Shown: positions 53,140 to 64,000 of the stretch, one piece after another
Layout: every line of letters begins with the position of its first letter
Position numbering within the stretch: position 1 is the first letter of the stretch
Source of the DNA: Narcine bancroftii
Lineage: Eukaryota
Assembly (NCBI RefSeq): GCF_036971445.1
Contig: NC_091480.1
Location: 77,252,001 to 77,316,000 of the forward strand
Length of the DNA stretch: 64,000 bases
Direction of reading: 5' to 3'
Translations under genes and position numbers: made by a program
Notes under the pieces: model-generated
Database searches by the model: none
What the model was told of the DNA's origin: nothing
What the model saw: only the letters and a program-made list of their open reading frames with translations

Positions 53140-54000
53140 ATTCTTTTTTTAAATTTTTAAAAATTAATTTGATAGATAGAAATATTACACATTTACATTG
53201 TTGAGATATTAATTAATTATATAGCTTTTCTACAATGCAATAAAGAATACGAGTCACATATCAATTATACATGATTTATATAATTCACAAAAATCTTTAT
53301 AAGAATTTCACCTCATTCTAATACTGAGATATACATTGTGATTATCTAAATAGACCAATCTCTTCTAGTTGGAGAAAAAAACAAAAATAAGAACAAAAGA
53401 AAAAAAATGACCCCACCCCATACTGATCTAACCCCTCCCACTAAACACAATCACCAGAAAATGAATTGTGAAGAATCAAGTATCGGCTCTCAGATGTTGG
53501 ATAGAAAACCCCCAGAGCCCCCCTGCCGAAGCAATCAAATTATGATAATAGTCCATGAATGGGCCCCATATCTTGTCAAATTCAACCTTGATCTCTTTAA
53601 CATTAGATCTAATTTTCTCCAAACTCAAGCAAGACATAACATCCTGTAACCAGTGCGTATGAGTTGGTGCTCTGCTCTCTTTCCACCTTATCAAAATTGC
53701 TCGTCTGGACATCAAAGAAGTGAAAGCTACTTTTCTTTTTTTGAGTTGAATTCAAGGAAATCCTCTCTTTTGGAGAATAACCAAACAAGGCAATAAAAGG
53801 ACATGGTTCTAATTTAATCCTAAAAATCTGCGTTAGAGTTTTAAAAATTGTCCCAAATAGTTCTGGATGCTCCCAGAACACATGAATCAGAGAGGCCTCA
53901 AAAATTTGACATTTGTCACATAGAGGATCAACATCAGGATAAAAACGAGATCATCTCACTTTGGACATATGTATTCTCTGTTCAACTTCAAATTGTATTA
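53140..54000 (-). mobile_element. Old L1 ORF2 3' fragment
   Basis: HMFWE...CPFIALFG...ILIRWK...WLQDVMSCLSLEKIR...FDKIWGPF, frameshifted. Confidence 0.8.
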
Positions 54001-54538
54001 AACAATGTCATGCACAGAATAAAGTATTATTAATTAGATTAAATTCAAAAGAAAATATTTTGGCACACAAATCATTTTGAACTAAAGAGCACTTGGTAGA
54101 ATGTATCCCACTACCAAGGGCAACACAACATTAAAACATTTTACTTCACACACCTTTTAAGGTCACTTGGCATAACCAATATGTCATGTTAGGACAATAT
54201 TTTGCTTACAGTCAGACAGAAAAACAAACACAAAACAGACAGGGTTATAAACGTAACCTCCTTGTCGGAGGTAATAATCTTGTTAATTGTGTTGTTAAAA
54301 TTTAAGTTTCATAAAAGTTTCAATTTCAGGCACATCAAAATCTCATTTTGCGAGACTTTTCCTTTGCAAATTTTGTCACCAATTCAATCAGATCCAGCGC
54401 TGATGCCCAGACATGTTCAATTGATACACCTGGTCTCTGTTGCAACATTCTCACTTTCTCACTGCTGTCTAATTCAAAAGCAGGATAACTCTGCCAGGCT
54501 TCAGTGGAGAATAGAACATGCACATGGAGGGCTGGGAT

Positions 54539-55500
54539 CAGTGACGTAGCCAGGTGTTGATGTTAGGGAGAGCGAGAGCACATTAAAAGGTGCCACAAGC
54601 AACCAGTGAATAAAGCCTCCTCACCCGCCTCTTCCTCCCCGCCACTGCTCTCCTCTCCCCTTCCATCCCTCCCTCCTTTTCCTCTCTTTCCTTTCTGCTG
54701 TTACAAGGTTACAAGGCCAGCAAAGACAGTTCTGTCATTGAACAAATGACATTTTGTAAGGAAAAGAGTTTTCTCCATTTTTTGGTGACTTTCACTTTTT
54801 TTCAATTTTGTGTGTACCTTTAACAAAAATCTTGCAACATTATTTTGGATCACTCCAACCAATATGCAAGCCAACAAGAAAAACAAAGCCAGTGCCTATT
54901 CTTGTACTAAGTTCACTGAAATGATGTCCAGCTTCATCCTTTGGAAAACTGTCAAAATGATCTTTAAAACCTGGCTGACGAGGGCCTAACTCAAGAAGAC
55001 AACGTACTAGATCAGGTGTTACTGGTGTTTCACAAAACAGGTTGGGTATTCCATATGTGTGTCAATGATCACATATAATCTTACTGTGTCATCTTTGTCC
55101 TCTGGACGATAGTCTACTGAAAAGATCCATCTTCTAGGGGTTCCACTTCCACCACCTGTGCAGCTGTAGCAGCCAGATTGCTGTCACCAGCTCCTAGGCC
55201 AAAAGTAGGTACTAGCAAGTCTTTCGAAGGTTTCACCTCAGGTGCAACCACAACGTCTCCATCTCCTGGTTCTGAGCTGAAGGTTAGGTAACAATCTTCA
55301 GAGGGTTCCACCTCTGATGCAGCGGACCTTGTGTACTTATGGAATGAAAAGTAGGCATCCAATCTCTGACATTTTGATGATTATTTTTCTTGATTTGCAA
55401 CTTCTTTCGTCTTCTTTCCGTCCCACCCAGATAGTTTTTTCTTCTTAGTGTTTTTCTCCACGGTATTCCTTATCAGAAAAAAAATCTATGATACTACCAA
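54539..55500 (-). mobile_element. hAT transposon remnant (N-terminal transposase region)
   Basis: End cagtgacgtagccagg...tgttagggagag shared with 52224; decayed KKKLSG, QRLDAYF and GPRQP...FPKD motifs. Confidence 0.55.
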
Positions 55501-55779
55501 AAGTCGGGGAAATGACAGTAGGAGAACAAGGAAAGTGCATTGGCTAGGCTGCAGGTGCAGAAGTGTTTTGGTTTGTAAACAACGCAAAATTAGCGGGTAG
55601 CCTTTAACTGACGTTCCGTCCACTCTTCCAACATTATATTATTTTTATTGCACTTACACCTTTTATCACTATCTTATTATAATTTTGAAAGCCAAGGAGA
55701 AGTAAATACCTTTGGAGCTATTCCTCCCCAGAAGCCAGTGGCCAGACCACTCCCCCGAACTATGTACTCACTGCTCCTG

Positions 55780-55999
55780 TGATGCGAAGGCAGAAAATTA
55801 ATTTTCAATGACATGTTGCACTTCGTGGTTTTGTCTGCTTGAAGATGACTTAAAATATGACAGGAGATCACAAAAATATGTGTATTCTAAAAAACGGATT
55901 GTAATAGGAAAATTTTCAGGTGATTTTCGTGATCAGTAGCCCAAAATCCATGAAACGCACACAAAAATGTTCAGGAAGCAAAATCTTCATTGTACAGTG
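55780..55999 (-). mobile_element. Chapaev3-like fragment, second copy
   Basis: Ends CAGTG|TAA; similar to 38270-38473; KCNMSLKINFLPSH. Confidence 0.65.
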
Positions 56000-56094
56000 T
56001 AATGTGACAAATAAACTTACAACTTAAATGATCAGCTCCTCCTGGGGCACCACCTGAACTGAAGTTTAATTTAATATATCTGGTCTCTCTGGCT

Positions 56095-56755
56095 ATTCAT
56101 CCCAGAGGATGATGATGGTTCCTTTCAGTCAGTTTGTGGGGTTTGATATATGTGTCCTGAAGTAGCTGTGCAGGCTGATCCTTGCTTGCCACATACCTGG
56201 CAGGTGATGCCTGGAGGGGCAGCAGGGGCAGAAGCTCTGCTATGGTTCTTCCTGAGCCTTTCCTCTGGTGCCTCTTTGAGCTTATTCTCAGCAGCGTCCA
56301 CACCTTTTCTGATGGCATCCCATCTCGGTGAGCGATCTTGAGCCAGATCTTCCCATGTTGATGGGGCAATGTCAGCTTTCTTGAAGCTCCTGTGCAGGTC
56401 ATCCTTGTGGCGTAGTTACTGCCCTCCTCATTTTCGGGTACAACTGGACAGTTGGTTGTATGAGATGTGCTTGGGCAGTCTTCTGTCAGGCATTCTGACA
56501 ACATGTCCTGCCCAATGCAGTTGGGCTGACATCACCAAGGTTGAAAATGCTGGCATTTCAGCTCAAGAAAGGACCTCGCTATCAGAGACCTTGAGTTCAT
56601 CAGAGAACATCGATGACACTGCTGCAGTTGGTCAAGCTGACGTAAGTGACTCTAATTATGGGCACCACGTCCATATAGCAAGGCTGATATGACAATGGCC
56701 CTGTACACCTTTCACTTGGTGGCCAACTTGATGCTATGTGACCAAACCTGTCCAT
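56095..56755 (-). mobile_element. Degenerate RTE LINE 3' portion
   Basis: LHWAGHVVRMPDRRLPKHI...YKD...WEDLAQDRS, with frameshifts. Confidence 0.75.
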
Positions 56756-56834
56756 TTAATATAAAAGGACATGGTACGCATTAAGCATTAAGCATACTGC
56801 TAAAAAGATCTCTGAAGTTTTTCCCATATGCTCA

Positions 56835-57066
56835 AGGTAAAAAGATAAAGGTTCACATAATATTACATTTAGAATGTAACATAAATTAAATTCTTTAACT
56901 TTTCTCTATCGTAAGGTAGGCAGAGAGTTTCCACTTTGTCCAGCGCCCCTCACAGAAACCTACAGTATCTGGTGTTCGTAGGCGGACTCCCCTCCACGTA
57001 CTGACCAGGCTTGAGTCTGCTTAGCTTCCGAGATCAGACAATCTCAGATCTATTCAGGCTATTAGC
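56835..57066 (-). mobile_element. 5S rRNA-derived SINE (SINE3), copy 2
   Basis: 5S-like 56958-57066 plus the same body and tail as 26963-27201. Confidence 0.85.
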
Positions 57067-57284
57067 AAGAGGAATGTAAACTTCAGACACAGAAAACGAA
57101 ATAAGAAAGTTATGGGAACACTGCAATTAGAGCAATATCTGGAGAGAGAAAAAGCAGAGTTAACAGTTCAGTTTGAAGATCCTTCATCAATTCTGGAGGG
57201 AGATTAAATTATACAGGACCTCATGGATATTTGTGTGAGAGGGTTCTTTCTCAACCTTATAAATCTACTGATGATTTGCCAAAA

Positions 57285-57545
57285 ACTTATAAAGCTATGT
57301 GAGGGTGGACAGTCAGAATCTATTCCTTGGGGTAAAAATGTGACATACTAGAGGACTTGAGTAGATGGAGGGTATTGCTTAAAGGGTGATGTGCAGAACA
57401 AGTTTTTTTACACAGAGTGGTGGGTATCTGCAATGGGCTGCCAGGAGTAGTAGAAGCAGATAGAAAAGTAGCACTTAAGAGGCTTTTAGAAAGGCAAATG
57501 AAAATGCAAGGAGTAGAGGGATAAGACTCATGAGCTAGTGGCAGA
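57285..57545 (+). mobile_element. CR1 LINE 3' fragment
   Basis: ttttttacacagagtggtgggtatctgcaatgggctgccagg. Confidence 0.7.
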
Positions 57546-57576
57546 CTTTTAATTTAATTTGGGCATTAATTTGTAC

Positions 57577-57822
57577 AGGGTGACACCGTTAGCATAGCGG
57601 TTAGCACAAAGCTATTACAACACCAGTGACCCGGGTTCAAATCTGGCACTGCCTGTAAGGAGTTTGTTCGTTCTCCCCATGTCTGCGTGGGTTTCCTCCA
57701 GGCGCTCCACTTTCCTTCCACCCTTCAAAATGTATAGAGATCGTACGTTCAATGGGGGTATTTGTGTATCACCGGCTTGTGAGCTGGAAGGGCCTGCATT
57801 ACTAAATTTAAAATTAAAATTT
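57577..57822 (+). mobile_element. tRNA-derived V/HE1-type SINE
   Basis: gttagcatagcggttagc...ccgggttcaaatc...gtgggtttcctccaggcgctcc. Confidence 0.8.
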
Positions 57823-57919
57823 ATGTCCAATGAGGGGAAGTATTTTCAAAGTTAAACCCATACCCAAGGATATGGGCTGAAGGGCCTGTTCTATGTTCTG
57901 TGTTTTATGTTCTTCTTGA

Positions 57920-58265
57920 AGCAAGGACGATTGAGAGGACATCTGAAAGAGGTGAGGTAAATCATCTATGGGTTAGAGAGAAGCTGCTGCCATTAACTGA
58001 TGGTTCAAGGACCACGGGCATGGATTAAAATATCAGAAAAAGGTACAGGGAAGATTGCTCAGAGAACTTGGAATTCACTGCCTATTGGGGTAGTGGAAAC
58101 AGAATCAATCAGTGCCTTCAGGTGGGAAGTGGCTTGGATTTGGAGAGAATAATTTGTTGGGAAATGTGGAGATGACAACAGGATGAGGCTAATGGGATTG
58201 CTCTTCTAGCAGCTCACCCAGACTTGATGGGCTGTATGGCCTCTTGTACCAACATTTCTAATTCC
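57920..58265 (+). mobile_element. CR1 LINE 3' fragment
   Basis: ttgagaggacatctg...ggaattcactgcct...gatgggctgtatggcctc. Confidence 0.6.
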
Positions 58266-58294
58266 ATGATTCAAAGATAAACAGAATATACAAA

Positions 58295-59805
58295 TATTTA
58301 TGGCAAATTTATACAGATATTTAATGGAAAGTGTTCTGACCGGCTGCATCACAGTCTGGTTTGGGGACATCAATACCCCTGAGTGTAAAGCACTCCAAAA
58401 TGTAGTAGACACAGCCCAGGACATCACAAGCAAAATCCTCCTCACCATCGAGAACATCTACAGGGAACACTGCCGTCGGAGAGCAGCAGCAATCATCAAG
58501 GATCCACACTACCCAGCACATGTTCTGTTCTCGCTGCTACCATAAGGAAAGAGGCATAGTTTCCACAAGATTCACACCACCAGGTTCAGGAACAGCTGCT
58601 ACTCCTCCACCATAAGTCCCCTCAAAATAAATGCAGTCATGGACCCATTTAAGAACTCTTATTTTTGCACTTTATTGATTTTTAAAAAATCTCTGTATTG
58701 CAGAGTCAGTTTGTTTACATTTCTTTATTGTTGACGTCCTGCTTTGCGGAAACTGCCAAAATGTTTGGCCTGGAAGTCATCCTGAAGAAAACTGAGGTCC
58801 TCCATCAGCCAGCTCCCCACCAGGACTTCCAGCCCCCCCACATCTCCATCGGGCACACAAAACTCAAAACGGTCAACCAGTTTACCTATCTTGGCTGCAC
58901 CATTTCATCAGATGCAAGGATCGACAATGAGATAGACAACAGACTCGCCAAGGCAAATAGCGTCTTTGGAAGACTACACAAAAGAGTCTGGAAAAACAAC
59001 CAACTGAAAAACCTCACAAAGATAAGCGTATACAGAGCCGTTGTCATACCCACACTCCTGTTCGGCTCCAAATCATGGGTCCTCTACCGGCATCACCTAC
59101 GGCTCCTAGAACGCTTCCACCAGCGTTGTCTCCACTCCATCCTCAACATCCATTGGAGCGCTTTCATCCCTAACGTCGAAGTACTCGAGATGGCAGAGGT
59201 CGACAGCATCGAGTCCACGCTGCTGAAGATCCAGCTGCGCTGGGTGGGTCACGTCTCCAGAATGGAGGACCATCGCCTTCCCAAGATCGTGTTATATGGC
59301 GAGCTCTCCACTGGCCACCGTGACAGAGGTGCACCAAAGAAAAGGTACAAGGACTGCCTAAAGAAATCTCTTGGTGCCTGCCACATTGACCACCGCCAGT
59401 GTGCTGATATCACCTCAGACCGTGCATCTTGGCGCCTCACAGTTTGGCGGGCAGCAACCTCCTTTGAAGAAGACCGCAGAGCCCACCTCACTGACAAAAG
59501 GCAAAGGAGGAAAAACCCAACACCCAACCCCAACCCACCAATTTTCCCCTGCAGCCGCTGCAACCGTGTCTGCCTGTCCCGCATCGGACTTGTCAGCCAC
59601 AAACGAGCCTGCAGCTGACGTGGACTTTTACCCCCTCCATAAATCTTCGTCCGCGAAGCCAAGCCAAAGAAGAAGACATGTGTACACTGTGTACAGTTTT
59701 CTTTCATTACCAGTAAGTGGTAATTCTGCTTTGCTCACTGGAAAAAGAATCTCAGGGTTGTATGTGATGTCATGTATGTACTGTGATAATAAATTTGAAA
59801 TCTTA
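58295..59805 (+). mobile_element. Rex1/Babar LINE 3' portion, interrupted by an RTE
   Basis: ESVLTGCITVWFG...AAAIIKDPHYPAHVLFSLLP; the 3' UTR resumes at ~59678 after the RTE. Confidence 0.85.
58731..59677 (+). mobile_element. 5'-truncated RTE (BovB-related clade) LINE with open C-terminal ORF
   Basis: Stop-free frame to 59618: FTYLG, QLRWVGHVSRM..RLPK.VLYGEL..G.R.RGAPKKRYKD, terminal CxxC..SH; (GAA)n tail. Confidence 0.9.
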
Positions 59806-60328
59806 TAGTTCATCATGAAACCGTTGATCTCTGAAGGGTAAATGAATGTTGAACTCAGGTCTGAAGAAATGGCTGGTAGACTTAAACTGACACCTGGGCC
59901 CTGGTTAGTGAGGAAAGTGCATGGTCCAAAATTGGGAAAGGGAATTGAGGCCCATGATCTGTGGATTGAAATCTGTGGATTGGCCTGGTTTGGCGTTTCA
60001 TAATTGAGATCAGAACTTCCACTATTCAGTCTTGTAACCTGTGGGTGGACTGAGAACGAGGAAGTGGATTTGTTAGATAGTTTTTCTTGGTTGCAATGGA
60101 ATCGTTTCTGTGCAGCAAGCTTATCAAGCAATGAACCTGTTTTGAAGGACTTCACTCAGCTTCCATGCCCCCTCTAACAAGCTGGTTTACAGAAGGAAAA
60201 TATTTCCAAAGATAAACTCATACTAAGAATAGCTGGTGTTATATCAGTTCAGAATGTCATGTTAAAACTGTTAAATGTTGTTCAGGTCAACCATTGTTCA
60301 CTGCTTAAATTTACCAGAGTTCATATTG

Positions 60329-60519
60329 NNNNNNNNNNNNNNNNNNNNNNNNNNNNNNNNNNNNNNNNNNNNNNNNNNNNNNNNNNNNNNNNNNNNNNNN
60401 NNNNNNNNNNNNNNNNNNNNNNNNNNNNNNNNNNNNNNNNNNNNNNNNNNNNNNNNNNNNNNNNNNNNNNNNNNNNNNNNNNNNNNNNNNNNNNNNNNNN
60501 NNNNNNNNNNNNNNNNNNN
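60329..60519. other. Assembly gap
   Basis: Run of N. Confidence 1.
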
Positions 60520-61569
60520 TAATGACACAGTTCTTATGCATTAACAACAACCATTGATTTAACAGATTCAAAATCCATAAAATATTTCCACCACTGACCA
60601 TCTGACTTTATTCATAAAATAGGCAGAGAAATCTTTTAAAATACAGCAGAAGGTGTGAATAAGACGTACTTACATTTTCTTTTTTTGTTAATTAATTCAT
60701 CACAACGTACAAATGAACAGAATGGCTTAAAGCAGGTAATATTTATTTAATTACGCAAACTCATTTTTAATATTTTGACAGGTGACTAGGGAAGACTATT
60801 GTCATTGATAAATTGTCCATCCCGGCTCCCCAAACATGCCCAATGTTGAAAATGCAAACTTAGAAAATGAAAATAGATGCTTTAAAATATACATTGATTT
60901 GATCTGTTGAATTATTCTGCAAATATATCTATAATGAGGCAGATTCGTTCCTTAGGGCCATCTAGTGGTCAGAGCATGCAATTACACTGTGACTATTAAT
61001 GCAGAATTTTAATTGTGATCTGTTGACATAGCAATTTACATTCGTAAAAATGTTAACACTGCATGTGTCCAATGTCAAGAAGGAAGCAAAGTCTCTACAT
61101 GGGCTGTGAAAAATATGTAATAGTTTAAAAATTGGAAATGACCAGTTGTTGGCTTTGAGCAAGTCTGCAAAAAAAATTCTATGAAAGAATGAAATTCACC
61201 CTGCAATGAACTTGGTTTGCAGCAAAAAACATAGCAAATATTAGGGAGATCAATGTTTTAGGTCATTGGGGAATGTTAGAGATAAAACAAGTTATTGGGT
61301 GCTGTGAAAGGGTGGAGTGTTATTGGTGTGGGGGGTTGGGAGAGAAGTGAGAAAGGTTTGTGACTGGGGCAGAGAGGAAAAGACACTAAATGATGTGAAA
61401 GTTAATAGTGAAGGCTGGAAATTAGATGCCAACAAAGGTATGTGTGGAGAAGACTTAACAGGAAAAGTACAATAATTATCACATCACCATAAAGGAAAAC
61501 CAAATGACTAATATATAAAATTCAAAAGATTGAGCTAATCCATGTCGTTGCAATCACAAAGTGGCTATA

Positions 61570-63175
61570 TTTGTGAGGAGTTTGAGGAGATTCGGTACAT
61601 CACCGGAAGACTGTCGAAAACTTCTACAGGTGTACTGTGGAGAGTATTCTGGCTGGTTGCATCACTGTCTGGTATGGAGATGCTAATGCTCAGGACAGGA
61701 AAATACTCCAGAGGGTTGTTAACTTGGCCTGTGACATTATGTGCACCAGTCTTCATCGAGGATATCTACAAGAGGCGGTGTCTTAAGAAAGCAGTTTCTA
61801 TTGTAATGGGCCCAGAGGACCCCAAAACACAGCAGCAATAGAAATTCACCAAGACAAATTATTACTTAAACAAAAGTTACTTTTAATTATCTTTAAACAT
61901 AAAAACAGGATCAAATGTTAACTTACTATTTAACATAACCTAACTTAACCCCCCTTCTAATTCTAAGCACACGTGTATGTAATGTGTGTGTAAGTTCAGA
62001 AAAGTTCTTTGATTCACAGTCCAATCTCACTTCTCCAAGTTCACCGGTATCAGGCAATTCTTATACTGTGCACAGAATTGAACGTTTATGAATCTTCACC
62101 AGGCTTTGGTGCTTGAAAGGTAAGTGGTTACCGCTCTTGTTGGTTTTCAGAGAGGGATTTGTTGCTCCTTGGACACACAGAAACTGATTCCTTCCGATCA
62201 GCCACTTCAGTGTCTTGCCAAAGAAACTTACCCCATCAGGGTTTTCCAGATGATAACCTCTTTCTTTCAGGTCATCACAAAGTTCCTTTTCTGTTCCTCT
62301 TATCTCAGGCTAAACATTATACAGCCAGCCATCTCCACAAGGGTTTTGAACAGGCTGAACTAAGAACTCATGGCCCATCAAAATGGGGCTTCAAACAAGC
62401 TTCCAAAAGCCACTGCAGAAAACCAGCACTCTCTCACTCTCTCTCAGAGAAAAAAAACCTGTTTTCTCTCTCTGCTTGCAAAACCACATGATCTTTGAAC
62501 AGCAAACTGCATTCAGACAGACTGCGGCACCAGACCCAAACTTCTGAGTCCATTCATCTGTTGCTTTCCAAAACAAGAATCCATGACTCCACAGCATGTC
62601 CAATTAACACCTACTTGTGAAGTCCTTCAGCAAAGCAGTTTCCATTGTCTTCACAAAGGCACCCGGAGCCAGGAGTGTCTGGCTTGAGCAGAGCTCTGGC
62701 ATTTTAAATGAGATCCGCGTTGTGAAGTGTTTGTATGTGACCTACACTAAAAAAACCCCACAATTTATCTCCTTTAAAACATAAAACAATATAAAATATA
62801 ACATAATCCATCACACTATCCTCAAGGACCCCCACCATGCAGGCCATTACCATCGGGAAAAAGGTACAAGAGCCTCAAGGTGAGCACCCAGTGGCACAAG
62901 GACAGCTTCTTCCCTTCTGCTGTCAGATTCCTGAATGAACAATGAACTACAGACACTGCCTCAGTTTGCCTTTTTCTTGCACTACTTTTATGAATGTTTG
63001 CACTGCAATGCTGGCCAAAAACAAGGCATTCCATATTTTGTTCATGACTATAAATTCTGATTCTGATTATATACTTCTATTTATGTTGTAAGGTGGTTTA
63101 TAGAAATGTTTGCACTAAAGATGCTGCTGCAAAACAACGAATTTCATGCCATTCTCATGACAATGAATTCTGATT
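61570..63175 (+). mobile_element. Rex1/Babar LINE 3' portion, interrupted by a solo LTR
   Basis: FYRCTVESILAGCITVWYG...IEDIYKRRCLKKAVSI|LKDPHH...PSGKRYKSLK...DSFFPSAVRFLN. Confidence 0.85.
61802..62815 (-). mobile_element. Solo LTR, 1014 bp, 4-bp TSD
   Basis: TGTAATGG...CCATCACA termini; TSD CTAT at 61798-61801 and 62816-62819; strand inferred only from an ATTAAA on the minus strand. Confidence 0.85.
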
Positions 63176-63351
63176 GCAGCGGGGCTAGATCTTCCATTGC
63201 GTTGAAATCATCTATCCTTCTCCACACGGTGAAGCCTCAGTCGCAATCTACCATTTGCTTCCAGCACTTTTTGGGTGGCCCCCTTCGGGTGGAGAATGAG
63301 GTTTTCTCACTCTGGACCTCTGGGTTCTCACTGCATCTGCACATTGTACTC

Positions 63352-63590
63352 AGGGCAGCATGGTTGGCACGGCAGTTAGAGCAACACCTTTTCATCACTA
63401 GCAATCAGGACTGGGGTTCGAATCCTGCGCTGTCTGTAAGGGGTTTGCACGTTTTCCCTGGGAGCTACAGTTTCCTCTCACTGTACAAAACATCCCGGGG
63501 GGGGGGGGGGGGGGGTTGTAAATTGGGCAACACGGACTCAAGTCCAAAATGGCCTGTTATCGTGCTGTATGTTTAAATTTAATTTAAACT
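63352..63590 (+). mobile_element. tRNA-derived V/HE1-type SINE
   Basis: gggcagcatggttggc...ggggttcgaatcc...ggcctgttatcgtgctgtatg. Confidence 0.75.
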
Positions 63591-63859
63591 TTACATATAA
63601 GGCCATCAATTCTCATGGTTTACTACGAGCCTTTATTGTCAAGGGTTATTGTTATGCGAGGGAGTCAGATTGGTAGAGGGAGCCAGCTACACTCACAGAA
63701 AGGCTTTGGTACTCTGAGATCCCACTCCCACACTCACTGACTGTGAGATCTATCCATGTGATTAGATTCATTAAATGTTTATGAACATCCAACAACCCTG
63801 AAAAAATACAATTACAAACAGTGAAAATTTTCTGAATAAATAATAAAAGAAAAATTACA

Positions 63860-64000
63860 TTATAATTCAGAGTATTACGTATAGGAGCTAGGAGGTTGTT
63901 AAGATTGTACAAGGCATTGGTGAGGCCAAACATGGAGTATTGTGTACAGGTTTGGTCACCAAAGTATAGGAATGTTATCAACAATTTGGAGAGAGTGCAA
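63860..64000 (+). mobile_element. CR1 LINE ORF2 fragment (runs off the window)
   Basis: LRLYKALVRPNMEYCVQVWSPKYR..I..LERVQ. Confidence 0.85.

Noticed and set aside
59628-60155. 175-aa minus-strand ORF
   Set aside because: GTG start directly after a stop, no recognisable domain, and the C-terminus runs into Rex1/RTE antisense sequence

Overview
Vertebrate genomic DNA, most likely from a cartilaginous fish (inferred from HE1/V-type SINEs, a SacSINE1-like DeuSINE, CR1, Rex1/Babar and Penelope-end repeats). There is one host gene: a complete 9-coding-exon Polycomb RING finger gene on the + strand (17197-32003, 322 aa, all introns GT-AG), best called PCGF2/Mel-18 although it keeps many BMI1-like residues. 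It sits downstream of a ~18 kb CpG-rich, repeat-poor domain with a likely promoter near 7.8-8.3 kb. A second CpG-rich patch lies at about 34-37.3 kb. The rest is transposon-rich: a full-length L1 with both ORFs intact and a 14-bp TSD, two solo LTRs with TSDs, an RTE fragment with an open reading frame, two 5S-rRNA-derived SINEs, a composite hAT MITE, Tigger, Chapaev3 and hAT remnants, and palindromic Penelope-like ends carrying a hammerhead-ribozyme-like core. It also holds two 33-bp minisatellites and two assembly gaps. No new protein-coding system is supported. All family assignments come from recalled motifs, not database searches.
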